Shown: positions 7,522 through 17,515, counted from the first letter of the stretch. The stretch is DNA of 52,591 nucleotides from a virus (IMGVR_UViG_3300002026_000039:1-52591); one strand, 5' to 3'. The notes: a model not told the origin generated them from the letters alone. Made by a program: numbers and translations.

Positions 7522-7846
7522 TTAAAATTGTTGTTGTTTTAATTGAATATGTTTTTGTTAAATTTTTTCCAAATTATTTCACATATATGGATATTAATTT
7601 GTTTATCATTAATATCCCCATATATTTTAAATGTTTCATTATTTATATGGAAAATATCATTTAAAATTAATATTTCAAAATTTGCTGATTCTATATAACA
7701 TTTAATTATTTTTTCTTTAAAAGCAAATGTTTGTTCGGAATATTTTAATCTTTCATAAATAATTGTAAAAAATTCTTCTTGATTTAATATATCTGATAAT
7801 TTCATAAATTAAAATTGTTGTTGTTTTAATTGAATATGTTTTTGTT
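7522..7846. repeat. 38-bp exact direct repeats (7522-7559 / 7809-7846) bracketing the 88-aa ORF
   Basis: ttaaaattgttgttgttttaattgaatatgtttttgtt twice; equals the last codons plus stop of the primase-helicase gene. Confidence 0.9.
7539..7805 (-). CDS. hypothetical protein (88 aa) between direct repeats
   Basis: ORF track. Confidence 0.65.
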   Translation of the reverse strand: MKLSDILNQEEFFTIIYERLKYSEQTFAFKEKIIKCYIESANFEILILNDIFHINNETFKIYGDINDKQINIHICEIIWKKFNKNIFN

Positions 7847-10800
7847 TAATTTTATTTCTACTGGAAACAATATTATCTGTAATATTAAACATATTACTTA
7901 CTAATGTATCAATACTTCTACGATTTAAAATTGTTGTTGAATCTTGTTCAGGCATTAAATTATATGAAAATCTAATACCATTTTTTGAAGTTGATTTAGT
8001 CCCAACATCATTAAGCATTTCTATTAAACCATCTCTAATTTTATCAAAACCATATTTGGTATTAATTTTAATTCCTAATGTATCTATATATTCATTAGTC
8101 CAAGTATCTAATAAAGATTGATAAGTTTCATAGCCAATACGGAAATCTTTGTTGGTTTCAAATTTATCAATAAATAAATAAATTTTTTCTAATGAACGTG
8201 TTATTGGTTCAGCTAATTCATTTGCTTCAGAACCATCAATAAGTTTCAATAAATTTATTGCTCGTTGAAAATTCTTTTGTTTTAAAATTCCATTATCATC
8301 AACATATTGATATATTATATCTATAGCTTTAATTTTCGAATATCTATTAATTAGATATTTTGCTGGTTTATACATTTTATCAAATGCTTCTCTTGAACGA
8401 ACAATAACTTGTTGGGGTGATGCAAATACATCATAAATAATTTGAACAAAACATGGTATTATTGTTTTACCATCTTCATCAATTTTTGTTAATTCTCTAT
8501 CTTCAATAATTTTATTATTATTCTTACCAATCCATTCGATAGCATCTGAAAATTCCAATCCATTTTCATTTGAATAATAATTTTGATTTATTAAATCCAT
8601 ATAAGTACCAACTAATAAATTATGTTTTCTTATCTTTTCATTTTTAGCAGCTTCAATCCCCATTTTCTTTAAAACTTCTTGTTCACCTTCAGATAAACCT
8701 TCAAATTCAGTTGAAACCGTTATTTGATAACCATATTTAGCCAATTCTCTTGCAACTTTAATTGGATGCTCCATACAAATAGAATATTTTTGTTCGAAAG
8801 ATACTAATTCATATTCTTCAAGATTAAATTGAATTTTACCATTTAATAAAGAAAATCCAGGTGTAGTAATTCTATGTAATACTGGGTCATAACTAGCAAT
8901 AAATTCTGTTTTTGCAGAAGCAATACTTTTATCATCAATAAAATATAATTGGTCTTCATCAGTTATTTTTAATAATAAATCTGGTTCAACTAATAATGAA
9001 TCTATTGTTGTCCCATCTAATTTATTTGTTGTTATACAATAAATTGATTTAATTCCTGTTTTACGAATACGTGCATTAAATTGTTCTATTTCATATCCTG
9101 AAAAATTACCTAAATATATTGATGCAAATTTTAAATCTTTATCATTTATATCAATACCAACACTTAAATAATTGGAACAAAATACAATATCATAATCACC
9201 TATTGAATTTTCATTATTAATTAATTGACAAATTTCTTGTTCAGTGTTTGAACGTTTATAATAACCATATTTTAAATTACGATTTAATAAATATTCAATC
9301 ATTCCAATAATTTTTTCTGAATAGATTTCACCTTTATTTGTGGGAATCATTAATCGATAGCCATTTGAAATTAAATCAGCTGCTTTTGATGCTAATCTTG
9401 TTATTGAATCTAATGTATCTCCACAAATTAAAAATTCTAATTCTTTTTTCAATTGTGGTTTTGATATTCTCATTATATTTGAAACCTTATTGAAAAAATA
9501 AGTTTCTCCAGTCTCGGTTCCAGTCATTAAAACTATTTTAGCACTGAAAGGGTCATTACTTGAAATATAAAATAATTCCTTTATTTTTTTGATAACATTA
9601 CTTGTAGCTTCAATTCTATAACTACTTGTAAATAATAAGTGACTTTCGTCAAGAAAAATATAATCAAACATTTTAGATATTTTTTCATAACTACTTCTTG
9701 AAAACTTATCAAATGTTGTTACTGCATTACGACCGTAAGCTATATCTTTTATATCAGTTGAACCATAAAAAGTATCAAATAAATCTGTTATTGAAGAGTC
9801 GTTTTCAACCTTATTCTGAATTACTGAAATATAAGGCAAAACCAATAATACTCTTTTACCTTCTTTAGCTAATTTCAAAATCCAATGAGTTTTTCCTGAA
9901 CCTGGGGGAGAAAATATAATATTTAATTTTTCACCTGTTACCCTATTAATCAATTCATTATTAATATCGGATAAATATTGATTATGTAATAATTTGAAAT
10001 CTATGTTTTCTATAGGATTTAACAATGTTTTTTCAATTTCTAATTTTAAATCATTTTTGAATCCAGTTTCAACAATTTCAACTAGTTCAGATTCAATATT
10101 TTTTATTATTCCTGCTTTCCTGAGTATTTCTAAACCTAATTTTGATGGTTCTTTTCCGTTTGAAATTGCACAACTATAAAATGAATTTATTTCACCAACA
10201 TTACCATTTGCTTTTGAATCCAATAATGAATGTGCAATATTTATTCCATCTTTACCAAACAATGAAGCTAGTGTATTACAAACATTATAACGAGTAACAT
10301 AATTAATTTGATTTTTTGGTAAAACATTTATTTCATTAATATCAATACCAAGTGTTACAAATTTACTAAGGTCTATAGTATTTTTATTTTTTCTTTGTAA
10401 ATAATCTTCTTGATTTTCAACAACTAAATTTTCATTAATTAAATCTATTTGTTTACAATTTGTATTTTTACGTAACAATACTTTTTCAATAGTTTCCTGA
10501 TATTCATAACCATCTAATGTTTGTGCTAAACCTAAACCTATATGTAAATCTAAGAAATTATGATTTATTAATGGATTTGTATCAAATGATAATCTAATAC
10601 CAGCTGTAATACGTGATACAACATTATCAACATATTTATTTTCATCGATATTATTTTCTTCCATTTTAATAATGGAAGTACCTTCATTTTTATGTTCTTT
10701 AAAAAACAATGAAAAATCTATATTATTATTTTTCGACAAATGACAACGTTTTAAAACATCGTAAATATTTGATAATTTAGTAATATAATTTACTTGATGC

Positions 10801-12041
10801 CAATATTTTGATATATATTCATTATTTTCAGGTATTATATAAACATGATGTGGAGGAGTTACTTTAGTATAAATATGTAAACCATTCCCGGAAGCAGATG
10901 TACAAATCCATAAATACCAATGAAAATTTGATAAATATTTATGTATTAATTCCTTTAATTCCTGTATATTACCATTAGATTTTTTAATCCAAAATTTTAA
11001 ATCTATATCAAATACTTGTAACCCATTCCATTTATAATATTCTTCTTTTGAAGGTCTTAAACCATCATAAGTCATATATATTTGTTGTCTTTCGACTTTT
11101 TGAAATCCAATATTTTCTTCATTGGTAATTTCAAATAATAATTCACCTAAAGTTCTGGTTCTATAAACCATTTCTCTATTAATATTATTTGTATATGTTG
11201 TTTCAAGAGTAGTTATTTTATTATTGGAAATAAATTCTTTTGAAAATAAAACAGCTAACATTTTATTACTAATAATTTGTTGATAAACTAAATTATTAAT
11301 ATTTTTTAATGATGTTGATAATTGACGTATTGTATTTGATTTAGGCAAAAATTCATTAAGAATATTTTTTGATATAATACCATTAGATACTTTTTTAAAT
11401 AAATTATCAGATAATTGATAAGATATATCAATATTATTTTGTAAATTAAAACGTTCATATAAAATAATATCATCAATAGTAATATCAATTTTATACATTT
11501 CTCTCATTAATAATATTTGATTTAATGAATTCATCATTAAGGATTCTTCATCAATTATTATATGTGAAAATGATTCAATTTTAGATTGAATCATTTTCTT
11601 TTTTTCTTCTTTAATTCTTTGAAATAATGTATTATTTGAAATTGAATGTAATATTAGATTTTCGTAAGTTTTAAAATTATTTATTGTTTGAATTTCAGCT
11701 TTTTCAATATCAAAAGAAAAATTATCTATATCATTCAAATCATCTATATTATTACGGAAATTATAATAATTTTCTTTTGTAGATTTTAATATTTCATATT
11801 CATATTGACGATAATTTTTTACTTCTTTTGAATCTAATATTTCTTTTGTTATTTTGTTTTTTTCTTCATCAGATATTTTTATATCTTCCAATGAATTATT
11901 TTCAATTTTTTTTGAATCTTTAAATTTTTTTAATTCTTTTCGAACTAATTTTTTAACAAATAATATTACTCTTTCTTCAACTATGTTATTAATGAATTTA
12001 TTATTATTTTCTAAATCTATAGCTGTCAGTAAATTATCCAT
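7809..12041 (-). CDS. primase-helicase fusion (AEP/VirE-N-like primase domain plus SF2 helicase)
   Basis: QVFDIDLK and TSASGNGLHIY primase-type motifs; SPPGSGKT Walker A, FLDESH motif II, MTGT motif III, SVGIDI, QFNARIR. Confidence 0.75.
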   Translation of the reverse strand: MDNLLTAIDLENNNKFINNIVEERVILFVKKLVRKELKKFKDSKKIENNSLEDIKISDEEKNKITKEILDSKEVKNYRQYEYEILKSTKENYYNFRNNIDDLNDIDNFSFDIEKAEIQTINNFKTYENLILHSISNNTLFQRIKEEKKKMIQSKIESFSHIIIDEESLMMNSLNQILLMREMYKIDITIDDIILYERFNLQNNIDISYQLSDNLFKKVSNGIISKNILNEFLPKSNTIRQLSTSLKNINNLVYQQIISNKMLAVLFSKEFISNNKITTLETTYTNNINREMVYRTRTLGELLFEITNEENIGFQKVERQQIYMTYDGLRPSKEEYYKWNGLQVFDIDLKFWIKKSNGNIQELKELIHKYLSNFHWYLWICTSASGNGLHIYTKVTPPHHVYIIPENNEYISKYWHQVNYITKLSNIYDVLKRCHLSKNNNIDFSLFFKEHKNEGTSIIKMEENNIDENKYVDNVVSRITAGIRLSFDTNPLINHNFLDLHIGLGLAQTLDGYEYQETIEKVLLRKNTNCKQIDLINENLVVENQEDYLQRKNKNTIDLSKFVTLGIDINEINVLPKNQINYVTRYNVCNTLASLFGKDGINIAHSLLDSKANGNVGEINSFYSCAISNGKEPSKLGLEILRKAGIIKNIESELVEIVETGFKNDLKLEIEKTLLNPIENIDFKLLHNQYLSDINNELINRVTGEKLNIIFSPPGSGKTHWILKLAKEGKRVLLVLPYISVIQNKVENDSSITDLFDTFYGSTDIKDIAYGRNAVTTFDKFSRSSYEKISKMFDYIFLDESHLLFTSSYRIEATSNVIKKIKELFYISSNDPFSAKIVLMTGTETGETYFFNKVSNIMRISKPQLKKELEFLICGDTLDSITRLASKAADLISNGYRLMIPTNKGEIYSEKIIGMIEYLLNRNLKYGYYKRSNTEQEICQLINNENSIGDYDIVFCSNYLSVGIDINDKDLKFASIYLGNFSGYEIEQFNARIRKTGIKSIYCITTNKLDGTTIDSLLVEPDLLLKITDEDQLYFIDDKSIASAKTEFIASYDPVLHRITTPGFSLLNGKIQFNLEEYELVSFEQKYSICMEHPIKVARELAKYGYQITVSTEFEGLSEGEQEVLKKMGIEAAKNEKIRKHNLLVGTYMDLINQNYYSNENGLEFSDAIEWIGKNNNKIIEDRELTKIDEDGKTIIPCFVQIIYDVFASPQQVIVRSREAFDKMYKPAKYLINRYSKIKAIDIIYQYVDDNGILKQKNFQRAINLLKLIDGSEANELAEPITRSLEKIYLFIDKFETNKDFRIGYETYQSLLDTWTNEYIDTLGIKINTKYGFDKIRDGLIEMLNDVGTKSTSKNGIRFSYNLMPEQDSTTILNRRSIDTLVSNMFNITDNIVSSRNKIKQKHIQLKQQQF

Positions 12042-12048
12042 ATTTTAT

Positions 12049-13422
12049 TTATATTTTGATTATTCCTTTTTTAAGGATTAGTTTTGTTTCAGCATCAATT
12101 ATTTGATAATTAATATCTTTTTCAGGTTTCGTTATTGTACTTAAATCATAATATATTTTTCCTTCAATAGTGCTTTTTGATAAGATGAAATCTTTATCAT
12201 TTCCTTCAGATGTTTTTGTTACTAAATATGATGGAATAGTTATATCATTAAATGATATATTTTTACTTTCAAATAAAATAACATCATTAATTTGTAATTC
12301 TACAAAAGTTGGTTGATATACAGCTATTATTTTTGATTCTATTTTTGATTCAATAACTGTATTATTTATATTTTGTATATTTTTAACTTCCACAGGAAAT
12401 ATGGATGCTGGAGATAAAACTAAATTTGAAATTACTGGATTTAAAATATCAGCATAATCAAATATTATTGTTTGTTCTCTTTTAATTAATTTATTATTAC
12501 AATTAATTTCTGTTGAAACAAAAATAGTTATTTCGGTTGAATCAAATTCAGTTAAATCTAAACCAATCTTTATTTTACCATATTTATAATCTTCATTAGA
12601 TATTTTTATTGTTTTATAACCAAAATTATCATTACCATATTTTACAATATGTTCTATTGTAATTGGTATAATATTATTTTCGTTTAAACCAAAAAATTCA
12701 TAAATAGTTTTTTCTAATGTTTTATTTGGTTCTAATGTTATCGGAGTAATACTTAAATATTGATTATTTTCAATTATTACTTCTGTTTGTATATTTGCAG
12801 GTATTGGTTCTTCACCAACTAATGGTTCATAATTATCAATACTTACAGGATAATTATTAATTTTACCTATATCAATACCATCATAAACAACATCTGTAAA
12901 CATAATGGTTTCAATTGAAATCATTAATTGTTCATTAAAATTTGGTATACAAAAATTAATATTTTTAGTCCAAAAACTTCCATTAATTAATTCTTTCGAA
13001 TCATCAAAATTAAATTTGAAATTATCAATATTAAATAATTGTGAAAGTAATATTTTTTCTGTAAATTGATTACCCATTGTTTTAATAACAACTAAAACAC
13101 CAAAAACATTATTCCATGAAAATCCTTGTTTTAATAGAATAGTACCAGTTATAATACGTTCATTAAAAATACCATCAAAATCATTAATATTATCCAATAA
13201 AGGTAACGAATTAAAAACCTTATTTAATTGGTTTGTATCATTCCATACTGTTTTTTCAATTATTTCATTGATATTATTACTATTATTAAATAATAATTCT
13301 GGTTGACCTAAAACATATTGACTATTACCATTTTGATTATATTGAAAAAAATGTTTTCTTTCAGATAAACCGTAATCTAATTTTAATAATGTTTCTTCGC
13401 CAATTCTATATTGATTTTTCAT
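12049..13422 (-). CDS. hypothetical protein (457 aa), possibly virion-associated
   Basis: long ORF; no motif recognised. Confidence 0.75.
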   Translation of the reverse strand: MKNQYRIGEETLLKLDYGLSERKHFFQYNQNGNSQYVLGQPELLFNNSNNINEIIEKTVWNDTNQLNKVFNSLPLLDNINDFDGIFNERIITGTILLKQGFSWNNVFGVLVVIKTMGNQFTEKILLSQLFNIDNFKFNFDDSKELINGSFWTKNINFCIPNFNEQLMISIETIMFTDVVYDGIDIGKINNYPVSIDNYEPLVGEEPIPANIQTEVIIENNQYLSITPITLEPNKTLEKTIYEFFGLNENNIIPITIEHIVKYGNDNFGYKTIKISNEDYKYGKIKIGLDLTEFDSTEITIFVSTEINCNNKLIKREQTIIFDYADILNPVISNLVLSPASIFPVEVKNIQNINNTVIESKIESKIIAVYQPTFVELQINDVILFESKNISFNDITIPSYLVTKTSEGNDKDFILSKSTIEGKIYYDLSTITKPEKDINYQIIDAETKLILKKGIIKI

Positions 13423-13424
13423 TT

Positions 13425-14846
13425 TTATAAAATATTAATTTTTTTAATGTCTGATACTTTTGATTTTAATTCAATTAAATCATTGAGATACATTTGTTCA
13501 ATCGAAGTATTATTTATATATTCAAGTTCAGATTTTAAATTTACTATTTCATTAATAGCTTTATTTATTTCTTCTTCTGTAAATCTTAAAGTTATTAATT
13601 TCAAACCCTCGTAAGTAACACCTAAAGTATCACAATCTTTTTTAACATCTTCAACTTTTCTTTTATTGATAACTAATTTACCATCCAATACTAATTGTAT
13701 AAATTTTGCTTTATCTGTTAAATCAACAATACGTTTTTCTATGGTATCAACAAGTAATGTTTTTCTTTCATTATAAAATCTTAATCTTCTTTTAACAAAA
13801 CCATCAACTAAATCTTGTGTTGTTTCAAAATTAACAATTGTTTTACCATCAATATCAATTGTGTTTAATGTTAAATTTGGTATTTTTGAAAATAATTTCA
13901 TTTTCGTAAAGAATTTCCATGATTCTTTCATTAATAAATTTATTTTACCTTTTGGAAAAGTTATTATATATTTAATAGCACCTTTTTTTGATTGATTCCT
14001 AAAATCAAAAATATAATTTTGTTCCTTTAATTCAATAAGATGTTTTTCATATTTTGAATATGAAACATTAAATGGTAAATCTGTAATAATTAAAATATCA
14101 CCATCAATTTGATATTCCCCAACATTATAATATGTTTGTTTAGATTCATTAAATATTATGTTATCTTCAGATATACCTAAAATTGATGGTCTTATTGGAA
14201 TATGAAATAAACCATTACATGAACCTTGTGTTAAGGAAGTAATGGTTGCATCAATAATATCATTAATATCATGACTAAAACTTCTAAATGAAAATCCAAA
14301 TCCTGGTGAATTTGTTCTCCATAATAATACCATTGGAATTATAGGTAAAAAATATTTTGGTTCCGTATATTTACCATCTTCAAAATTATATCTCAAAATA
14401 TCCATATCAAAATCATACAATTCAATATTTTTATTTTTTGTTACTTTTAAATATCTAGCTGCAGTTGAAGCTTCTGGAACTCTTAATGAACCTGTTTGTC
14501 CAATAATATCTAATGGTGAATATTCAAATAAATGTTTTGCGCCTAATTGTTCTATGGTGTTTTTTAATGATGAATCACCATGTAAAAATTCAAGTTCCAT
14601 AGCATTACCAATTAAAACAGGCATTTTTTCCTTACTACCTTTTTTTAATTTTCCTGTCATTGCAGCATAAAGAATTTTACGTGCACCAACTCTAAGACCA
14701 TCTATAATATTTGGCAATGCTCTTGTTGTTACAACATATAAAGCATAATGTTTTACTTCATTATTTAAGTAAATATCTGTTTCTCTTTCTGTTATAATTG
14801 CTGGCATTGATTCAGCATCTTTATAATCTTTTTTAATTTTAGCCAT
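13425..14846 (-). CDS. type II DNA topoisomerase, GyrA/ParC-like subunit (T4 gp52-like)
   Basis: RALPNIIDGLRVGARKILY, HGDSSL, AARY catalytic Tyr, EPKYFLPIIP, ITDLP. Confidence 0.93.
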   Translation of the reverse strand: MAKIKKDYKDAESMPAIITERETDIYLNNEVKHYALYVVTTRALPNIIDGLRVGARKILYAAMTGKLKKGSKEKMPVLIGNAMELEFLHGDSSLKNTIEQLGAKHLFEYSPLDIIGQTGSLRVPEASTAARYLKVTKNKNIELYDFDMDILRYNFEDGKYTEPKYFLPIIPMVLLWRTNSPGFGFSFRSFSHDINDIIDATITSLTQGSCNGLFHIPIRPSILGISEDNIIFNESKQTYYNVGEYQIDGDILIITDLPFNVSYSKYEKHLIELKEQNYIFDFRNQSKKGAIKYIITFPKGKINLLMKESWKFFTKMKLFSKIPNLTLNTIDIDGKTIVNFETTQDLVDGFVKRRLRFYNERKTLLVDTIEKRIVDLTDKAKFIQLVLDGKLVINKRKVEDVKKDCDTLGVTYEGLKLITLRFTEEEINKAINEIVNLKSELEYINNTSIEQMYLNDLIELKSKVSDIKKINIL

Positions 14847-14848
14847 GA

Positions 14849-15430
14849 TTAATCTGTTATTTCAACTTGATATTTTATTAATGATTCATATACATTTTGT
14901 GTTATTTCATTTTTCCAAATTTCAGCAACTTCATTAATGTATTTTTCTTTTTCAATTTTATAAACATTAAAAGCTTCGTTTATTGTTTTATAACAACCAA
15001 ACGTTAAATGTTTTCCAAATTTTTTAACTGAAACTTGATAATTGTTAGATGTAGTAACTCGAACACCTATAGGAATATTATTTCTACGTAAATTATTTTT
15101 AGTAAATAATTGATTTATTTGTAATGGTACAAAACAACACGTATCAGGTCCATAAATTTTATTTCCTTTAAATAATATATCTTTATCTAAAGCGTAACCA
15201 TCAATATAATTTTGTTTATACCATTCAGCGAAAACTTGAAAATTATGCCATCTTTCATCAACAGTACAACCAATATAATATGGTTGTAATTTTTGTTGTT
15301 TTTCTGAATAACATCTAGTTATCATATGGTTCCAACATCTATATGCTGATGATTTACTATTAGCTATATATTCACCAATACCTAAATACCCAATATTGTG
15401 TATATTTTTTGTTAATCTATCTTTTTTCAT
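14849..15430 (-). CDS. free-standing HNH-type homing endonuclease with AP2-like C-terminus
   Basis: YRCWNHMITRCY, WHNFQVFAEW, LDKDIL..GNKIYGPDTCCFVP, PIGV...YQV. Confidence 0.8.
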   Translation of the reverse strand: MKKDRLTKNIHNIGYLGIGEYIANSKSSAYRCWNHMITRCYSEKQQKLQPYYIGCTVDERWHNFQVFAEWYKQNYIDGYALDKDILFKGNKIYGPDTCCFVPLQINQLFTKNNLRRNNIPIGVRVTTSNNYQVSVKKFGKHLTFGCYKTINEAFNVYKIEKEKYINEVAEIWKNEITQNVYESLIKYQVEITD

Positions 15431-15457
15431 GTTTTTTAATGATTTCTTTGATTAATT

Positions 15458-15488
15458 TATATATCCAATTAAGTATTACATTTATAGA
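15458..15488 (-). promoter_or_regulatory. recurrent promoter-like motif upstream of the HNH gene
   Basis: TATAAATG-N10-TTGGATATATA. Confidence 0.65.
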
Positions 15489-15633
15489 AAGATTATGTTA
15501 TCAAATATTTTCGAAATTAATAAGCTTGTTTTTCGTATATGTCTCTTATCAAAACATATATTATAATTAACATAAACTTTATGGTTTTTCTTTCGAAGAT
15601 TTAATTCAGTCTAATATTGAAATATAATTAAAA

Positions 15634-15683
15634 TTAAAAAATAAAATAGCTACCCGAAAATAATTAAATATCAGGTAGCTATT
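15634..15683 (-). terminator. intrinsic terminator-like hairpin
   Basis: AATAGCTACCTGA..TCGGGTAGCTATT followed by TTATTTTTT. Confidence 0.75.
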
Positions 15684-15719
15684 AACAAAACAAATCAAGC
15701 AAAAATGATTAAAGTACAA

Positions 15720-16063
15720 AAATTATTTCAAATAAAAAACAGGCATCATAAATGATGTTTCCGAAGTTTTTATCCCCCAAACTAATTTGAAATAATTTGT
15801 TTAAAATTTAATAATAAATATTTTATATTTGGGCTAATTGATAAAAATCTTTCGCGATTTCAACAAATATAAGGGTTAACAAGTTCCTCTCAGTCCTATC
15901 CACAATATTAATTAATTAATAAATATCTCCATAATTTATTCTTGAATTCAATTTCAACGGTTAAATTTAATTAACAAGCATCTTAAGAAATTTTCATCTC
16001 ATGTAAGTCCGAAATATTATTAACTTAATTAATACAAATAGTTATTATTAAATCATTTGTATT
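15720..16063 (-). ncRNA. candidate cluster of structured non-coding RNA modules
   Basis: no ORF of 60 aa or more; 14-bp IR 15720-15733/15785-15798, 9-bp IRs, two units sharing GGACT..CTTGTTAA..GTTGAAAT; bounded by promoter motif and terminator. Confidence 0.5.
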
Positions 16064-16192
16064 TTAAATATAATCAAAATGATTAAATTTTTATGTATTT
16101 TTGTTGGTTTTTGGTATTTTTAAATACCATCGTAATCTTTAAACCAGGTCATTATCATTTTTCATAATTTTTATTTTTTAATTAATATAATT

Positions 16193-16226
16193 TATATATC
16201 CTATTAATTAAACATTTATAAGTTGG
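16193..16226 (-). promoter_or_regulatory. recurrent promoter-like motif
   Basis: CCAACT-TATAAATG-N9-TAGGATATATA. Confidence 0.65.
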
Positions 16227-16232
16227 ATATAA

Positions 16233-16421
16233 TTAACATATAATATATTGTTCATCACAATTTTTACATATATAAACATTTGGGGAACCAGGTGTAAAAT
16301 GTTCTTCGTGTGAAAAATATACACTTTTAGTTTTACATTTTTCACATTCAAAATAAAATAATAATTCAAACCAATTTTTAAATTGATTTAATTTTTTACA
16401 TAAATATTTGATTATTTTCAT
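16233..16421 (-). CDS. small zinc-ribbon protein
   Basis: CEKC ... CKNC; ATGA overlap with the upstream gene. Confidence 0.65.
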   Translation of the reverse strand: MKIIKYLCKKLNQFKNWFELLFYFECEKCKTKSVYFSHEEHFTPGSPNVYICKNCDEQYIIC

Positions 16422-16942
16422 CGCGTATCTAATGTATATTTATTAATGATTTGAATTGCATTCAAATCATAAACAATATAATGAGTACTTATATTGTCAT
16501 CAGGTTCAATAATATCTATTGTATGTGTATAACCTAATGATGTCAATATCTCCATAATAATATCTAATTGCATTCCAGCATTTACCATTGAACCAATAAT
16601 TTCTGTATCAGAAATAGAATATTTTAATAAATCATCAATAGCTATTTTTTCATTATATTGATAATTTTGATAATAATTATTTCCACCAACATCAATATAA
16701 TTATCAATAATTCTTTTTATATCATTATATTTTAATGATATTTCTCTATTATGTATTGGGTTTTTCAATGTTAAAACACATTCAAAAATATTTTCACCAT
16801 AAACTAAAGCTTCTGCTTCTACTTCAGTGAAATACAGACCAAATCCAGCACCTGTTGTTCCAGATTGACTACCAACAAAATCAAATGAAAATTCATCAAA
16901 TTTATTAGGAGAACCATGATATACGTTAACTATTTGTCCCAT
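16418..16942 (-). CDS. ADP-ribosyltransferase-fold protein (ART-PolyVal-like)
   Basis: VYHGS..FDEF, GFGLYFT..EA..YG, LKNP, YIVYD...IQI pattern. Confidence 0.65.
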   Translation of the reverse strand: MGQIVNVYHGSPNKFDEFSFDFVGSQSGTTGAGFGLYFTEVEAEALVYGENIFECVLTLKNPIHNREISLKYNDIKRIIDNYIDVGGNNYYQNYQYNEKIAIDDLLKYSISDTEIIGSMVNAGMQLDIIMEILTSLGYTHTIDIIEPDDNISTHYIVYDLNAIQIINKYTLDTR

Positions 16943-17503
16943 TTATTCGAATTTAAGATTTAATTGTTTATAAACTTGTTCACATAAATATCCATATAAA
17001 TATGTATATGTTTCTTCTGAATTATGATTTAATTCACATTCAATAATCCTATGTATTGCAATTGTTGCATGTAATAATTCATGATTAAAAACCGATAATT
17101 CATTGATATTTTTAATTTCATTCCACATATGAATTATCATTGTATTATCATCATTAATTAAAAATGTTCCATCATGATTATTTTCTTCTTTAAAGATTTT
17201 TTTAATATGTTTGAAAGATTTTTTCGATGTTTTATCTTTCAATTCATTAAACATATAATCCAAATCTGAAAAGAAAATATATATCTCAAATGGATATATT
17301 CCACAATCAATTATAAATGATTTATTTTGTTGTTCTAAATTAGGTGAACCTAAAAATTCAATAGCATTAATAGTTTCAAATTTTTCTATTCCATCTTCAT
17401 TCAAAAAATAAATTTTATCATTTTCTATTTTTGTAATATAAGTATTTAATGTTCCACAAACCATTATATTATCACCTGGTTTAAATTTTTTATCTTTTTC
17501 CAT
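16943..17503 (-). CDS. protein with HExxH zincin-like motif (putative metallopeptidase)
   Basis: NHELLHAT followed by EETYTYL. Confidence 0.6.
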   Translation of the reverse strand: MEKDKKFKPGDNIMVCGTLNTYITKIENDKIYFLNEDGIEKFETINAIEFLGSPNLEQQNKSFIIDCGIYPFEIYIFFSDLDYMFNELKDKTSKKSFKHIKKIFKEENNHDGTFLINDDNTMIIHMWNEIKNINELSVFNHELLHATIAIHRIIECELNHNSEETYTYLYGYLCEQVYKQLNLKFE

Positions 17504-17515
17504 ACTTAAAAATAT

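Noticed and set aside
15520-15896. RNase P RNA (GAGGAACTTGTT ... AACAAGCTTA)
   Set aside because: Lacks the GAGGAAAGUCC consensus and other conserved regions, and a terminator lies between the two segments
15845-15900. Hammerhead ribozyme (CTGAGAG ... CGAAA)
   Set aside because: Core is not CUGANGA and stems I-III cannot be built around it
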